IMG/VR virus record: IMGVR_UViG_3300020442_000006
Location: 32,001 to 96,000 of that record
DNA length: 64,000 bases
Direction: 5' to 3' (one strand)
Source of the DNA: a virus
The position numbers and the translations under genes were made by a program. Every line of letters starts with the position of its first letter. The first letter of the stretch is position 1. Under the pieces are notes generated by a model. It did no database searches and was not told the DNA's origin. It worked only from the letters and a program-made list of their open reading frames with translations. Below are positions 15,001-19,738 of the stretch, one piece after another.

Positions 15001-16209
15001 TTCCGATACACCTTCGAGTTCATCTGAGACAATAGCAGTAATTTGTGCTCTGGTTCCCTCTTCATCAGCAGGAGCATCCACAACCACGATAGGTGGGTTG
15101 TCAGAAGAGTAACCTTGTCCAGGGAATAGAAGTTGAGTATTCTTGATACCGTTTACAAGTGCTTCCGCTGTAGCACCTGAACCAGTACCCTTATTTGACT
15201 GGATAGTGATTCTAGGAGCAAAACTTACTCTGTAACCAGAACCACCATTTCTAACAAGGATGTCGTTAACAGCACCGCCATCGATTTGAGATACTGCTGA
15301 AGCACCTGAACCAAATTCAGGAGCAATGAGTTCAACAGAACGTACATCTATTGTAGCATTTTGTGATACATCCTGCTTGAAGATGAGTTTATCTTCAAAA
15401 ACTGTAAAGTCCTCAAAAGGTCTCTTCTCAACTCTGTTAACAACAACGATTGATGAAACAGTAGAAAGAGGACTGTATGGTTGAGTATTGAGTTTCAGTG
15501 AAAACTCTTTAGCATCATTAGCAACTGTAATAGTGTCCAGAGAACGAACTGGAACGCTTGTGTAACCGATAAGGTAGCGAATGGTATTGATTGCACCTGT
15601 CAACGCCCCTGTAGTCGGTTCTGGAGGGTTTACAAAGCGAATACGGTCACCTTCAACGAAGTAGTCCCTATCAGGGAACATAAAATCGTTATTTACAATC
15701 ACCAAAAGGTGATTAGAAGACTGAGGTGAAACAGGTCTACCTAACAGTCTTAAATTAAATTCTGTCTTTGAACTATCAAACTGAGTGTTAATAGGTTCAA
15801 ATTCTTGTACTTTTCTATCAAATTCTTGCTTATTAACCCCTGGAGTGAAAACAATGTCAGGAGAATGTGTTACAGACTCGTAATATAGAACCTCATTATC
15901 AATTTTTAGCGTACCATCTTTCTCTAAGAAGTAATTTACATTCTCAGCAACGATTTTATTTTGCGTCGGATCAACCGCCTCCAACACAGCAGACTCTGAT
16001 GACAAGAAGTTAGGGTTAAATTCCCCTGACCCAATGTCAACATATGCTAGTATATTGTTCAGGATGTCGTATGGACGCCCCGATTTCTCTTGTGACTTAT
16101 AGTATTCTGTCAGCAAGTTGACGAACTGGTCGTTATCCTCCTTGATAAACGCAGGAATCTGACTGTTCAGTCTCTGAGAGACCTTAATTGCTGTGTTATG
16201 TGCAACCAT
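1..16209 (-). CDS. Giant baseplate wedge/structural protein (gp7-like 'baseplate wedge initiator'), at least 5403 aa, runs off the left edge (partial)
   Basis: ATG at 16209 gives MVAHNTAIKVSQRLNSQIPAFIKEDNDQFVNLLTEYYKSQE. The same frame was open where I translated it (about 12000, 8050, 4030 and 1-60), and the ORF track lists no stop-terminated ORF in it. It lies directly downstream of gp6 and gp25, the T4 gp25-gp6-gp7 order. Contains GxGY beta repeats, a YHYH-type domain, a propeller-like region and LamG-like regions. Confidence 0.85.
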   Translation of the reverse strand, partial: MVAHNTAIKVSQRLNSQIPAFIKEDNDQFVNLLTEYYKSQEKSGRPYDILNNILAYVDIGSGEFNPNFLSSESAVLEAVDPTQNKIVAENVNYFLEKDGTLKIDNEVLYYESVTHSPDIVFTPGVNKQEFDRKVQEFEPINTQFDSSKTEFNLRLLGRPVSPQSSNHLLVIVNNDFMFPDRDYFVEGDRIRFVNPPEPTTGALTGAINTIRYLIGYTSVPVRSLDTITVANDAKEFSLKLNTQPYSPLSTVSSIVVVNRVEKRPFEDFTVFEDKLIFKQDVSQNATIDVRSVELIAPEFGSGASAVSQIDGGAVNDILVRNGGSGYRVSFAPRITIQSNKGTGSGATAEALVNGIKNTQLLFPGQGYSSDNPPIVVVDAPADEEGTRAQITAIVSDELEGVSELRVTSSGSGYDRIPSIKFVNPGGATCSDPTVENGSIVIGSIEVTASGSGYTTAPLVYMDPPTGDNAINATAQAILDDDGRVSRIDIISAGQGYEGNIRARIIDPVGAQILDVSCTGGRVTNIELLTGGKGYTDAPSVYIVDNRKDTNGVPIGGTGATAVATIFNGEITDINITSFGTGYSDTEPPKVFIAAPPVPEASCDVGFGEITGFTIHSAGQNYQPSAFVGVKRGVSGVTSYDQKGHQVYSGESSLVQSSHAVGATIHNLDNLFAKELYRRFVNQYLPNAEIDYNRVNAPQIIKTISDFYASKGTKISTQYLFKILYSENVDVSYPKDEIIKPSAATWNVDTVLRADLLEGSPENLLDSQLIQYIDDVDTNVRGASALIENVIAINTGVGTVYELAISEETLQGAFTIPYKTTLVEELSTSESIITVDSTIGWPERNGTIRIDDAEVVQYKEKTLNQFIECTRSKNGVVEDWDAGTTVFSDIFVYVNRGTENECKLRVLGIADAESTVLSDNGSYYLPGDKLNVASLGSTSNDQRITSWLYNVKKLININEIVPGGLNNQTATVTCSNNHGLLVGDTVTIYGANPTVFNGTFLVTSRINNTQFEYNIPAPAPNAPQGNILLSVDLNKGKSPEEGISVAIRDFTTNVQNTFFNDQYAYIASSGIPNYQVGPFVGSALLPGNQRKLIRIPRVINTISRRTDTSFGPIGAWVNGVSTWSYKSETKIKFGGLTGITIDNPGQGYDAANPPIIEINGGGGSGAKASVVVNGALSEIEVSNGGTGYTSSPLVSIVGGGGFGATATAVITNGVVSKILVETPGQGYTSQPDVSISGGGGNGCLATAQVRGPIQSVNVDQTGAAYTSSPDIKLNSGEGAVAQPIIINGRIVSIAIIAAGRGYTTAPEIVINGDGYGAIARATIGAVGEDRGKVIGVTVVNRGVGYSTGNTTVRLDAVGEMAEFTATVFEWTRNLQDELGQNFDTARGYVFAGYNTQYGGEYAHLSDPKQLRYVLGDNVFKNQSTQQLQELTTGYQHSPILGWAFDGNPIYGPYGYIDATDQSSGIRRIRSSYRIKPALIYDAATNLNPVRADGPLLTDYIAGSFIDDFEYVFQEGDLDQYNGRFCKTPEFPEGVYAYFVSIDASDAGNPVFPYICGPQLYSSPDEWNFSQDAVQTNIPSNVVRFRDPYEDVDIDIDRTPNQATDTLVTELGEDLIFEIEDTNRDGLINNDESTTPIQITEEPVLQLFDYYPKVSTRSVVDIDIETTTKFEDAKVDGFVVENPGVSYKVNDKLFFDNEGTDGFGASAKVEAVKGLDIAGYTSYMQNDLPYGRITTANEHELRIDDQIIVTSTPILDDTNKTFKVKVISGVERVTIDQEGLGYSEDIPPSYEVITNSGQDFNININRDEGGAVRTVDIINSGSGYDENNPPQIRVSHPQRFKKASYFLSLLTEAGSTVTINDIKVADDRTFYVCGQTTVVDGNTAGVLAKFNSDGRMLWKRTLIPTVPSNADKSLSWKALHIENSNPHNIYVIGETVPNVGNLTHNPDIVVAKYQSGFDIANNPDGIIQWQRDIAGISGSTRRDYATDIRLDQDGRVMIAGYTDSNSTAPDDMWVGLLDLDGSMMEKRKIASAAGSEHLHQIQWRTDDTFLFCGISDPAGDANIVIGETYYDTATIEVQWSKQIESGAYQFADPTFTIDEYGSVYVTATAIDTNGKNYGVLYAKFDNQDYTAVSLAKMYVPTGTYTSIKNAGVSFDVFGNIDISAVVERDFNAVQSITAKISWNSGNVLSAAEVTETNGIGYHPTCVANDNSGDTIVAGNKVEADQLAIFNWNTADNLFDETYNDILRTGSNKQWAASGNAIIDNTKFYNGASSVKLDAPNSMLLQYSTTTDVSIEWTMEGWFALGNTQYSAQASKPEFFGVVSQLTQEVKVGVDGTSSSPNFGKIFLDLNGSVSYSTGTTFWTAFNSEAWVHIAISKERPGVGSYIYRIYVNGVEAHSVNSSTVDVNLMQATLGPISTPSSTNNWIGWIDNFVLTPSAKYTDAFTAGLITGTNSVSKAFIYKIDKDKTKLGTFTLDDVEAGHTLNVAAGSNYTFNTQSVAVNPWIMGPAGIQILDYSDVISTHIPGVYTITSTDEAYASRTATIPTQGGKKLLLTTKVIPKFYIRDARYSSIDLVKTITFNQNATFTKGSVLQQYSVIGGNDVVSAYGTVVESGTNSCKIGKIIGSFDTSKLLKSTAGDINEMDKEFTVDTTVPVWQQNQNYAVGDVVYSNGKIYTSGTAATAGPLAPEHTSGTVSDGNINWAFTSVAGIFSVDLANSVHGSGTLAQFASWKPFNASDYTIRIQQIYADSTFIKGDTIDADAVNLTFDVDATGKIATFGGLVGVKQFNLQAKLNKDVVPSQALTNTDLVYCSATSRHNFSANDIIFTERFSTNEYNGSFFVQEVFTSRDFTYKLRSTAVQDPTFSGQGSSVSNINIYAKHPKFLFVRGHQYIFDLDDSSNLGYFLSFSKDNQYKLEYPFINIIREGTPGFTDDDSPTPLVKFIINDDVTNISYYFDPSRTTPDNSPVGEGSFIDVIQSPYQGTFTVNRVSNDGLEFDFPLLVEPEKSNAPVGNNEFGNPRSLYSTTSLKAIGPIATIKLVNPGGFYQKLPIVTDIASNREIEKVRILNGGTEYVNGVYYNVPIGGDGEGASCNITVTDDGDFEGVITDVVLTSAGKGYTTASIDVDAIPGILGPLLAGSGAQLDVVIPSEGSGASVFLQGKSIGRIKKLKNNEFGFGYSHDYTLRPEITFPVNLQLFNTAILSEIKITDPGSGYTSTPAVVIEGGGGSGANAEAVVKNNRLSEVIIKDPGAGYSSEPSVTLKSEFNYVVNIDLGYLQFNFPHGITTGAEIQLRAEDLGSTVGILPKPSSAGLVSLSSSQTYYAIAGEANGLESDQLRISLTKLDAESGSYITFLTQGEGRQILLTEVFGGQATAIVETSRFLEGELVYQGSSLELASATGYVSTNQGWQIGPRILKLENYKGVWTPGERVTGEVSRASGLIDNLSIARGTLNIDSLTNTPGQFIDDVGKPSEIVQKIQDSYFYQNFSYVIKSETPINQWRKPVLETNHPVGFNLFGELAITGGKDISGRKVVSDLIKEVNINAFTNINQITSFANAQPIYTQFNNTEVLFRQKRLTNSEEILTSIVKKIDNVSDDFDGVRTQFPLNVEGSSITATEDQMFVLLNGVAQSPGDSFSTSGPSIVFSEPPKAPSRIKFRNIDFTQLQITRLTFSVIGGIFPLTGNRVRGLVSEATAVVIDSGTDYIDVIDIEGTFQSGESVLSSATGFNSTLDTVNPVSSKTIFEQGERITNLDGKFAIIEENNLDDGTINTSLVVSRTSGTAKFETGEFEIKFNDVIYSARSKIAATVSAISPYQDEVSEQIIDTVDLSPSSSFFALVFQRVPSITYPNVILDDIGETVINPTELYDSESPNNQDFLDFESVRNQEIRYDGLVGTDFAPGTNIRLKKIYFGNSSIRTVPDTRANNAAEALVKNAKFIAEEAVGKMLDFYPSFTVPTGKVNCEDDIVDMLNLIAWQLEHDGNSEVWDAANFYVQNNTIYHVNGQVPQTVYAMNQARDLANKCINMVNITTEFTTLSQWKDLTITPEYEVVSNSHGDARTLLLANKWFIAYESLHYAKTQNPGYNVSGGDEHCLSDIVDVVEALAYNVAHGGNDFIWEATDRILHYGVTSGDRDTIVNSFTKAKAMSLDIMRNIAVTKAGSHDWNQVTISITADTASPTCQAVAASITTLMDILINALGTTASPGTREAFQAAVTQTAPQADYSQGRTTIPNENACVAQTSAVANFFRIITDTLQDPTGADPTTYQWSISNVPRIAPAYTFEEGETIRSIKHSYKDKSSGGFFNFGQTLKGVSSGAVAEIIGTNAGSKWVYTKGVTGSFTDAEYVTNSTITYNNVTVDKLNPGTGTGSLEFSGTSSRINHASNAAFAFGVNDYTVEMWIYPTTVSGTQRLVDFRTASSSNAASVFLQGTSLKFGIATTDHITAAGAIPTANQWYHIAVSRASNVTKMFVNGQPVGSDYTDASDYGNSPIAVGASWNNGETFTGNIDNFIVRKGTASYSSGFIPPTVYDFRALDVSFGFNGEAPFPVELAAVYATYQQTIISSANADGVELWREEIMTEEIDVSRDIYRDCADIIEKNRYWIAEEAVGRMKEKYPAFLIPGDTGTSTQGTDKCIRDTHSFIIPAIVNDLKLGGNFNTIVAGRGYLEGSGALKHVNGELLQSIYTWREVAKLCIDIITKNEDDLTGEYTQRVRIPNYFSTPAPTVIQTFIMDLVDDMLDVMAPTGHRFRDGADLLYFNRAVIADEAVSMMEAEWDVMINFIQQDKIDIPSRAKCVRDIRDHIVPAVAGDLLTGGNSNIQGMIDSYLDSQSNINYIEDELLAMLDALEHVKFLSSKALQNLLVGRNENIANIAGTTPNTVDDFYQLQYSDLSAYRKEYDPAVNYDLTDSVITESTFYPPDPKIFQGTHRALDSANIIERNARTIAAEAVDIVTKTSAFKHYNFRVPGGKVHCEDDIVDFINSVAHDLRFSSNSEVYDAAALYLNTDMGLKHVTGQSQETIYAYKMARDMSILAIRNKLGFTPFEDNTAGGGGGQGGNAIGGGVPRGDYDNNATTNKDYDAGNEILNNLRFIASTAVGRGYAQYPNLTFGGYGYQSCIDDVIDILEAMAWNLKHGGNNKVWYATEFYITDANAIQHINSQSTEVKYIFEQARDIAIQVMRQQLVSVNGYTEGYAQYDTGITIDSSSSQTGQLTPTNATYNPATGDLTLTKTGHGLVTGDAVQIATYGLKFTCDFDSNQTEHTYPRPLDPSNGALLPVTGSTSSTFTVNVGTTTNVNYDVTNAIYNETTGDMFLDIGSNTLDVGRHVKLPDNAITFTCTKDGNATNHSYPRSTDYASGRSLTVLEIGDSEFTATGAAYVPSTGVLTLTVPNHGFSNGDNVQIVNNSLNFTCDMD

Positions 16210-16227
16210 CTTTTAAGTACGGCGGTC

Positions 16228-18315
16228 TTAGAAACAGGAGTTGAACTCAGGAAGTTCAAACACTGTGCTTGGATAATCAATGATATTTAGTGCGGTTCCG
16301 TCAAAGTTGATTGCAGTAAAGTCGAACGGATCGAATGCGCCAATATTGCTGCCATCAATAGTGTAATCAATGGTTGTTACAATCGGGTTAAAGATTGTTG
16401 GGTCAACACCAGAACCAATGTTGATATTTGGTGATTTAGGAATCACTGTTACAGGGATACGGTTTGTTCCATCAGGTGTAGAATCTACATCCACAGGACC
16501 AACACAAACCTGTCCAGACTTGTAATCTACAGTACCGACTGAAGATTTAAGGGTAACTTCCTTCTCATCCTGCTTTGTCACCATAATAAGGTTTCCATAA
16601 CCATCATCACGGATATTTACAGGGAGAAGTGCTGATGTGTCATTATCAATGAATGATGTAGCAGAAATAGAGTTAGATGATGTACCTTGAATGGCAAGAA
16701 GGTTTTCTGTGTAACCAGTAGCATAGAATGTACCAGTCTTCACACTTGAATACTTCGGTAAACATTGTCCATCTCCACCAGAACCGTCTCCACTTCCTTT
16801 TGCACCACCAGAGAGATCATTAGGATTCTCGATCTCATTTTCAAAGTCAACACACTTGGAGAAGGTTTGACCGAACTCAAATCCTTCAATATTCATACCA
16901 AGGGTCATATGAGTGACATTACCGCTAATAGCAGGATCTGAATCGTCAATCATTCTCTGATATGCAGAGATGTCAATTCTACCGCTGAATCTAGACGCAG
17001 AACCTTGATTATTGTACTGATCAATGGATCCAAGGATAGTTGTCGCAATTTCGTTATTTGATAGTGAAGTTTTAGTACCATCAAAGAATGCCCAAGTCTT
17101 AGGTCTGATATAAAGTGAAATAGGATCAATAATTACTGGTTCGATAGCAGCAATCGCATATTTCTGCAAATTATTCTTAATACGCTTCTTAGTTGTAGTA
17201 TTCAGCGTAGCACCAGACTTAGTACGGATAGCAACGTACACCTTTCCGTAAACTGGGGGATTTAGACGCTCTCCACCATATGCAGTTACAGATCTTGCTT
17301 GAGGATACACCTTTTTAGTGATGTACTCGTAATCTGACTCAGTAACCGCTCTGTTCTGACTGTTAAACGCCCTAGGAGCGTTATATTTGATGCTCAGGGT
17401 AGTCTCTAGGTTCTCACCGTCTTGTGACCCGTCTATGGTCGCTAGAGAGACACTGGCATTGTTGATGAAACGGTTCTCACTGTCAACAACTCTACCAATG
17501 AAGTTAAATCTCTTACATCCATTTGCATCAGGACCATCTGTACGAACATACTTCAAACGGATGACCTCACCAGAGATCAACCTACGACAAATAACGCCAT
17601 CACCAAAAATGACGTTATAACGTAGATCATCAGTCTCTTCTAGGAAGTAACCACGAGTTGTACCGTCTACATCAACAATATTCTGTACAAGGTTGTAAGT
17701 ATCGATTTCTGTTGACTGTGCATTAGGAGAAATGGACACTGATAGCAGCGTAGTGTCTACATTCTCTGCAGGAATTAAGTATTCTCTCTTGTTAACGTCA
17801 TCAACTGTGTAAGTGTACTCAAGAGTGTTGCCCTGATAGATGATAATCTTATCAAACGTCGCAACACCATCAGATTGATTAACAGTTGCTCTGATCTCGT
17901 TAGGGAGAGTGAACGTGAATGGTTCACCATTAGTAGTAGAAACAAAAACATCTCCCGCTTGGAGAGTGACTTGTGTTGGGAACGATACACCATCACCTAG
18001 GTATGCTGTCTGCACACTGAATCTAACACACGCTTTGGACGCTTTGATAGATCTAGGAGTGTAATTAAGTTGCTTGGCAATCTTTACAACGTTGTCTCTA
18101 ACGGTTGCAGATTCCAAGAATGCCTCGTTCATCGCCATATTAGCGTTGAAGGCAGCATAGTATGTGTTATATGACAGAACGTCCAAAAGATATGACGCAG
18201 CACTACCATCAAAGTCATAGTCCGTGAACTCGTCTCTCGTTCGCAGATATGATCTGATAGATTCTCTGATTTCAGTAAAATCTAGGGATGTTAAATTTGA
18301 GGGAATTGCTGCCAT
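16228..18315 (-). CDS. gp6: Baseplate wedge subunit gp6
   Basis: N-terminus LTSLDFTEIRESIRSYL...DYDFDGSAASYLLDVLSYNTYY...EAFLESATVRDNVV, plus NRAVTESDY, are typical of T4 gp6. Confidence 0.93.
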   Translation of the reverse strand: MAAIPSNLTSLDFTEIRESIRSYLRTRDEFTDYDFDGSAASYLLDVLSYNTYYAAFNANMAMNEAFLESATVRDNVVKIAKQLNYTPRSIKASKACVRFSVQTAYLGDGVSFPTQVTLQAGDVFVSTTNGEPFTFTLPNEIRATVNQSDGVATFDKIIIYQGNTLEYTYTVDDVNKREYLIPAENVDTTLLSVSISPNAQSTEIDTYNLVQNIVDVDGTTRGYFLEETDDLRYNVIFGDGVICRRLISGEVIRLKYVRTDGPDANGCKRFNFIGRVVDSENRFINNASVSLATIDGSQDGENLETTLSIKYNAPRAFNSQNRAVTESDYEYITKKVYPQARSVTAYGGERLNPPVYGKVYVAIRTKSGATLNTTTKKRIKNNLQKYAIAAIEPVIIDPISLYIRPKTWAFFDGTKTSLSNNEIATTILGSIDQYNNQGSASRFSGRIDISAYQRMIDDSDPAISGNVTHMTLGMNIEGFEFGQTFSKCVDFENEIENPNDLSGGAKGSGDGSGGDGQCLPKYSSVKTGTFYATGYTENLLAIQGTSSNSISATSFIDNDTSALLPVNIRDDGYGNLIMVTKQDEKEVTLKSSVGTVDYKSGQVCVGPVDVDSTPDGTNRIPVTVIPKSPNINIGSGVDPTIFNPIVTTIDYTIDGSNIGAFDPFDFTAINFDGTALNIIDYPSTVFELPEFNSCF

Positions 18316-18318
18316 TTT

Positions 18319-18726
18319 TTACGCCTTCTCTAGGAGGAAGTCTACAGTGTAAACAAGTTGTTCACCGATGATTGTGTAATCAATCTCCACTGCTAGTTCG
18401 TTAGTGTCATCCACATTGCAACGAACATCATTAACTGTCACCCTAGGTTCTAGACGTTTCAGTGTATTCCTGATTTCGTCAGTCAAACCCTCAATCATAA
18501 AGACATCGAAGTTTTCAAATAACATCGATTTGACACGAGAACCTGTTTTTGGTTGAAATGGTCTTTCACCAAATTGTGTCAACAACAGGTTCTTCATTGC
18601 CTGCTTGATTGCGTTTTCGTTTTTTACAATAGAAAAATCTTCAGTATTAGGATTTGCTTTCATCCCAATACTGAAGTCTCTAAACTGCCTGCTTAGATTT
18701 TTCTCTGCTCTGAACCTGTACGCCAC
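18319..18726 (-). CDS. gp25: Baseplate wedge subunit gp25
   Basis: NENAIKQAMKNLLLTQFGERPFQPKTGS and EPRV motif of the gp25/GPW family; adjacent to gp6. Confidence 0.93.
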   Translation of the reverse strand: MAYRFRAEKNLSRQFRDFSIGMKANPNTEDFSIVKNENAIKQAMKNLLLTQFGERPFQPKTGSRVKSMLFENFDVFMIEGLTDEIRNTLKRLEPRVTVNDVRCNVDDTNELAVEIDYTIIGEQLVYTVDFLLEKA

Positions 18727-18823
18727 GATCTGATACTTGTTTTAAGTATTTATCAGCTCTAGGATCAGTTATTAGTCTCATACCAGATTGAATGAACCAA
18801 TCTGCTTGATCAACCTTAATCAT
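18680..18823 (-). CDS. Small hypothetical protein (47 aa), overlaps the gp25 start
   Basis: Hand translation MIKVDQADWFIQSGMRLITDPRADKYLKQVSDRGVQVQSREKSKQAV; GGAG RBS upstream; TAAATA at 18881-18886. Confidence 0.6.
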   Translation of the reverse strand: MIKVDQADWFIQSGMRLITDPRADKYLKQVSDRGVQVQSREKSKQAV

Positions 18824-18879
18824 AATTGTTCTCCGTTGTTAATGAAGAACTTTTATAGTGGTTCCTATCACTAATGATT

Positions 18880-19038
18880 TTATTTAGATAGTTTCCACGT
18901 GGGAGGATGAAAAGCACAATATTCATTAAATGTGATCTTCATCTCTTTGTTAGTAAGACCGCAATGCTCTGCTGCTTTAGGAAGATTCCATTTAGCACCC
19001 CAGAGCATTTCCATCGCTTCGCGAGTCTCGGGTCTCAC
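18880..19038 (-). CDS. Small cyanophage-type hypothetical protein (52 aa), GTG start
   Basis: MRPETREAMEMLWGAKWNLPKAAEHCGLTNKEMKITFNEYCAFHPPTWKLSK; start overlaps the upstream stop as GTGA. Confidence 0.7.
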   Translation of the reverse strand: MRPETREAMEMLWGAKWNLPKAAEHCGLTNKEMKITFNEYCAFHPPTWKLSK

Positions 19039-19181
19039 TTACCCTGACCCCTGTACTTCTTCCTTGCCTTATTACGGGAAGTTGCTGAATATTTGGTGTT
19101 TTTACCGTTACCCTGACGAGTGCTCTTAGGGTTTGATTCAATAAAGACGCCTCCAGAGAGACCTACTTTTGCTCGTGCCAT
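19035..19181 (-). CDS. Small very basic protein (48 aa)
   Basis: MARAKVGLSGGVFIESNPKSTRQGNGKNTKYSATSRNKARKKYRGQGK; translationally coupled to the next ORF. Confidence 0.75.
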   Translation of the reverse strand: MARAKVGLSGGVFIESNPKSTRQGNGKNTKYSATSRNKARKKYRGQGK

Positions 19182-19216
19182 AATTGTTGTGTGACTACCG
19201 TAGAATTATAACACAT

Positions 19217-19738
19217 TTATCCCGCTAGGACATTAGGAGATCCATAAGCGATCTTAGAAGAGCACGGGTACCCCTTCGGACCTAGTGAATCACCCAATCT
19301 ACCTATCGGTATCTTGAACGCCCTTACAGACTGATATAGACCCGTTGAGAGAACTCTAGGGTGACCACCTGATATATCCTCAGCAGTCAGAAGTGAACAG
19401 ACTGTTGGAGTCGGAACAATACAAGTTGCTTTACCGCAAGGACACAAATAGTTAATAATATTGGTTGTTGGTGACAAATGAGGTGTAAATGCATCACCAT
19501 TGATCATAATTGGCAGACCATTGACCACTACCATTGCCCTAGCAGGGTTAAGAGCAGTCAAAGGCACCAAAGGAGTAGGTGGCCACAAGCAAGTTTTGTT
19601 CTTCATCACGATTCCTAACCTAATAGGAGGTGTTTTACACGCTTGTGTAGAGTGAATTGTAGAAGGAATCGGAATACCGTGTCCTGTACAGGGTAAACCG
19701 TTATGATTCGCTACTGGTTTGTTTAATCCTAGTGCCAT
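19217..19738 (-). CDS. PAAR-like baseplate spike tip protein (gp5.4-like)
   Basis: CTGHG at the N-terminus, VVVNGLPIMINGDAFTPH, and C-terminal IGRLGDSLG...CSSKIAYGSPNVLAG match the PAAR family pattern. Confidence 0.8.
   Translation of the reverse strand: MALGLNKPVANHNGLPCTGHGIPIPSTIHSTQACKTPPIRLGIVMKNKTCLWPPTPLVPLTALNPARAMVVVNGLPIMINGDAFTPHLSPTTNIINYLCPCGKATCIVPTPTVCSLLTAEDISGGHPRVLSTGLYQSVRAFKIPIGRLGDSLGPKGYPCSSKIAYGSPNVLAG

Noticed and set aside
705-15112. About 50 short ORFs listed on both strands in the first 15 kb
   Set aside because: They are shadows of the single giant minus-strand frame: low-complexity L/S/V-rich translations with no RBS or motifs.
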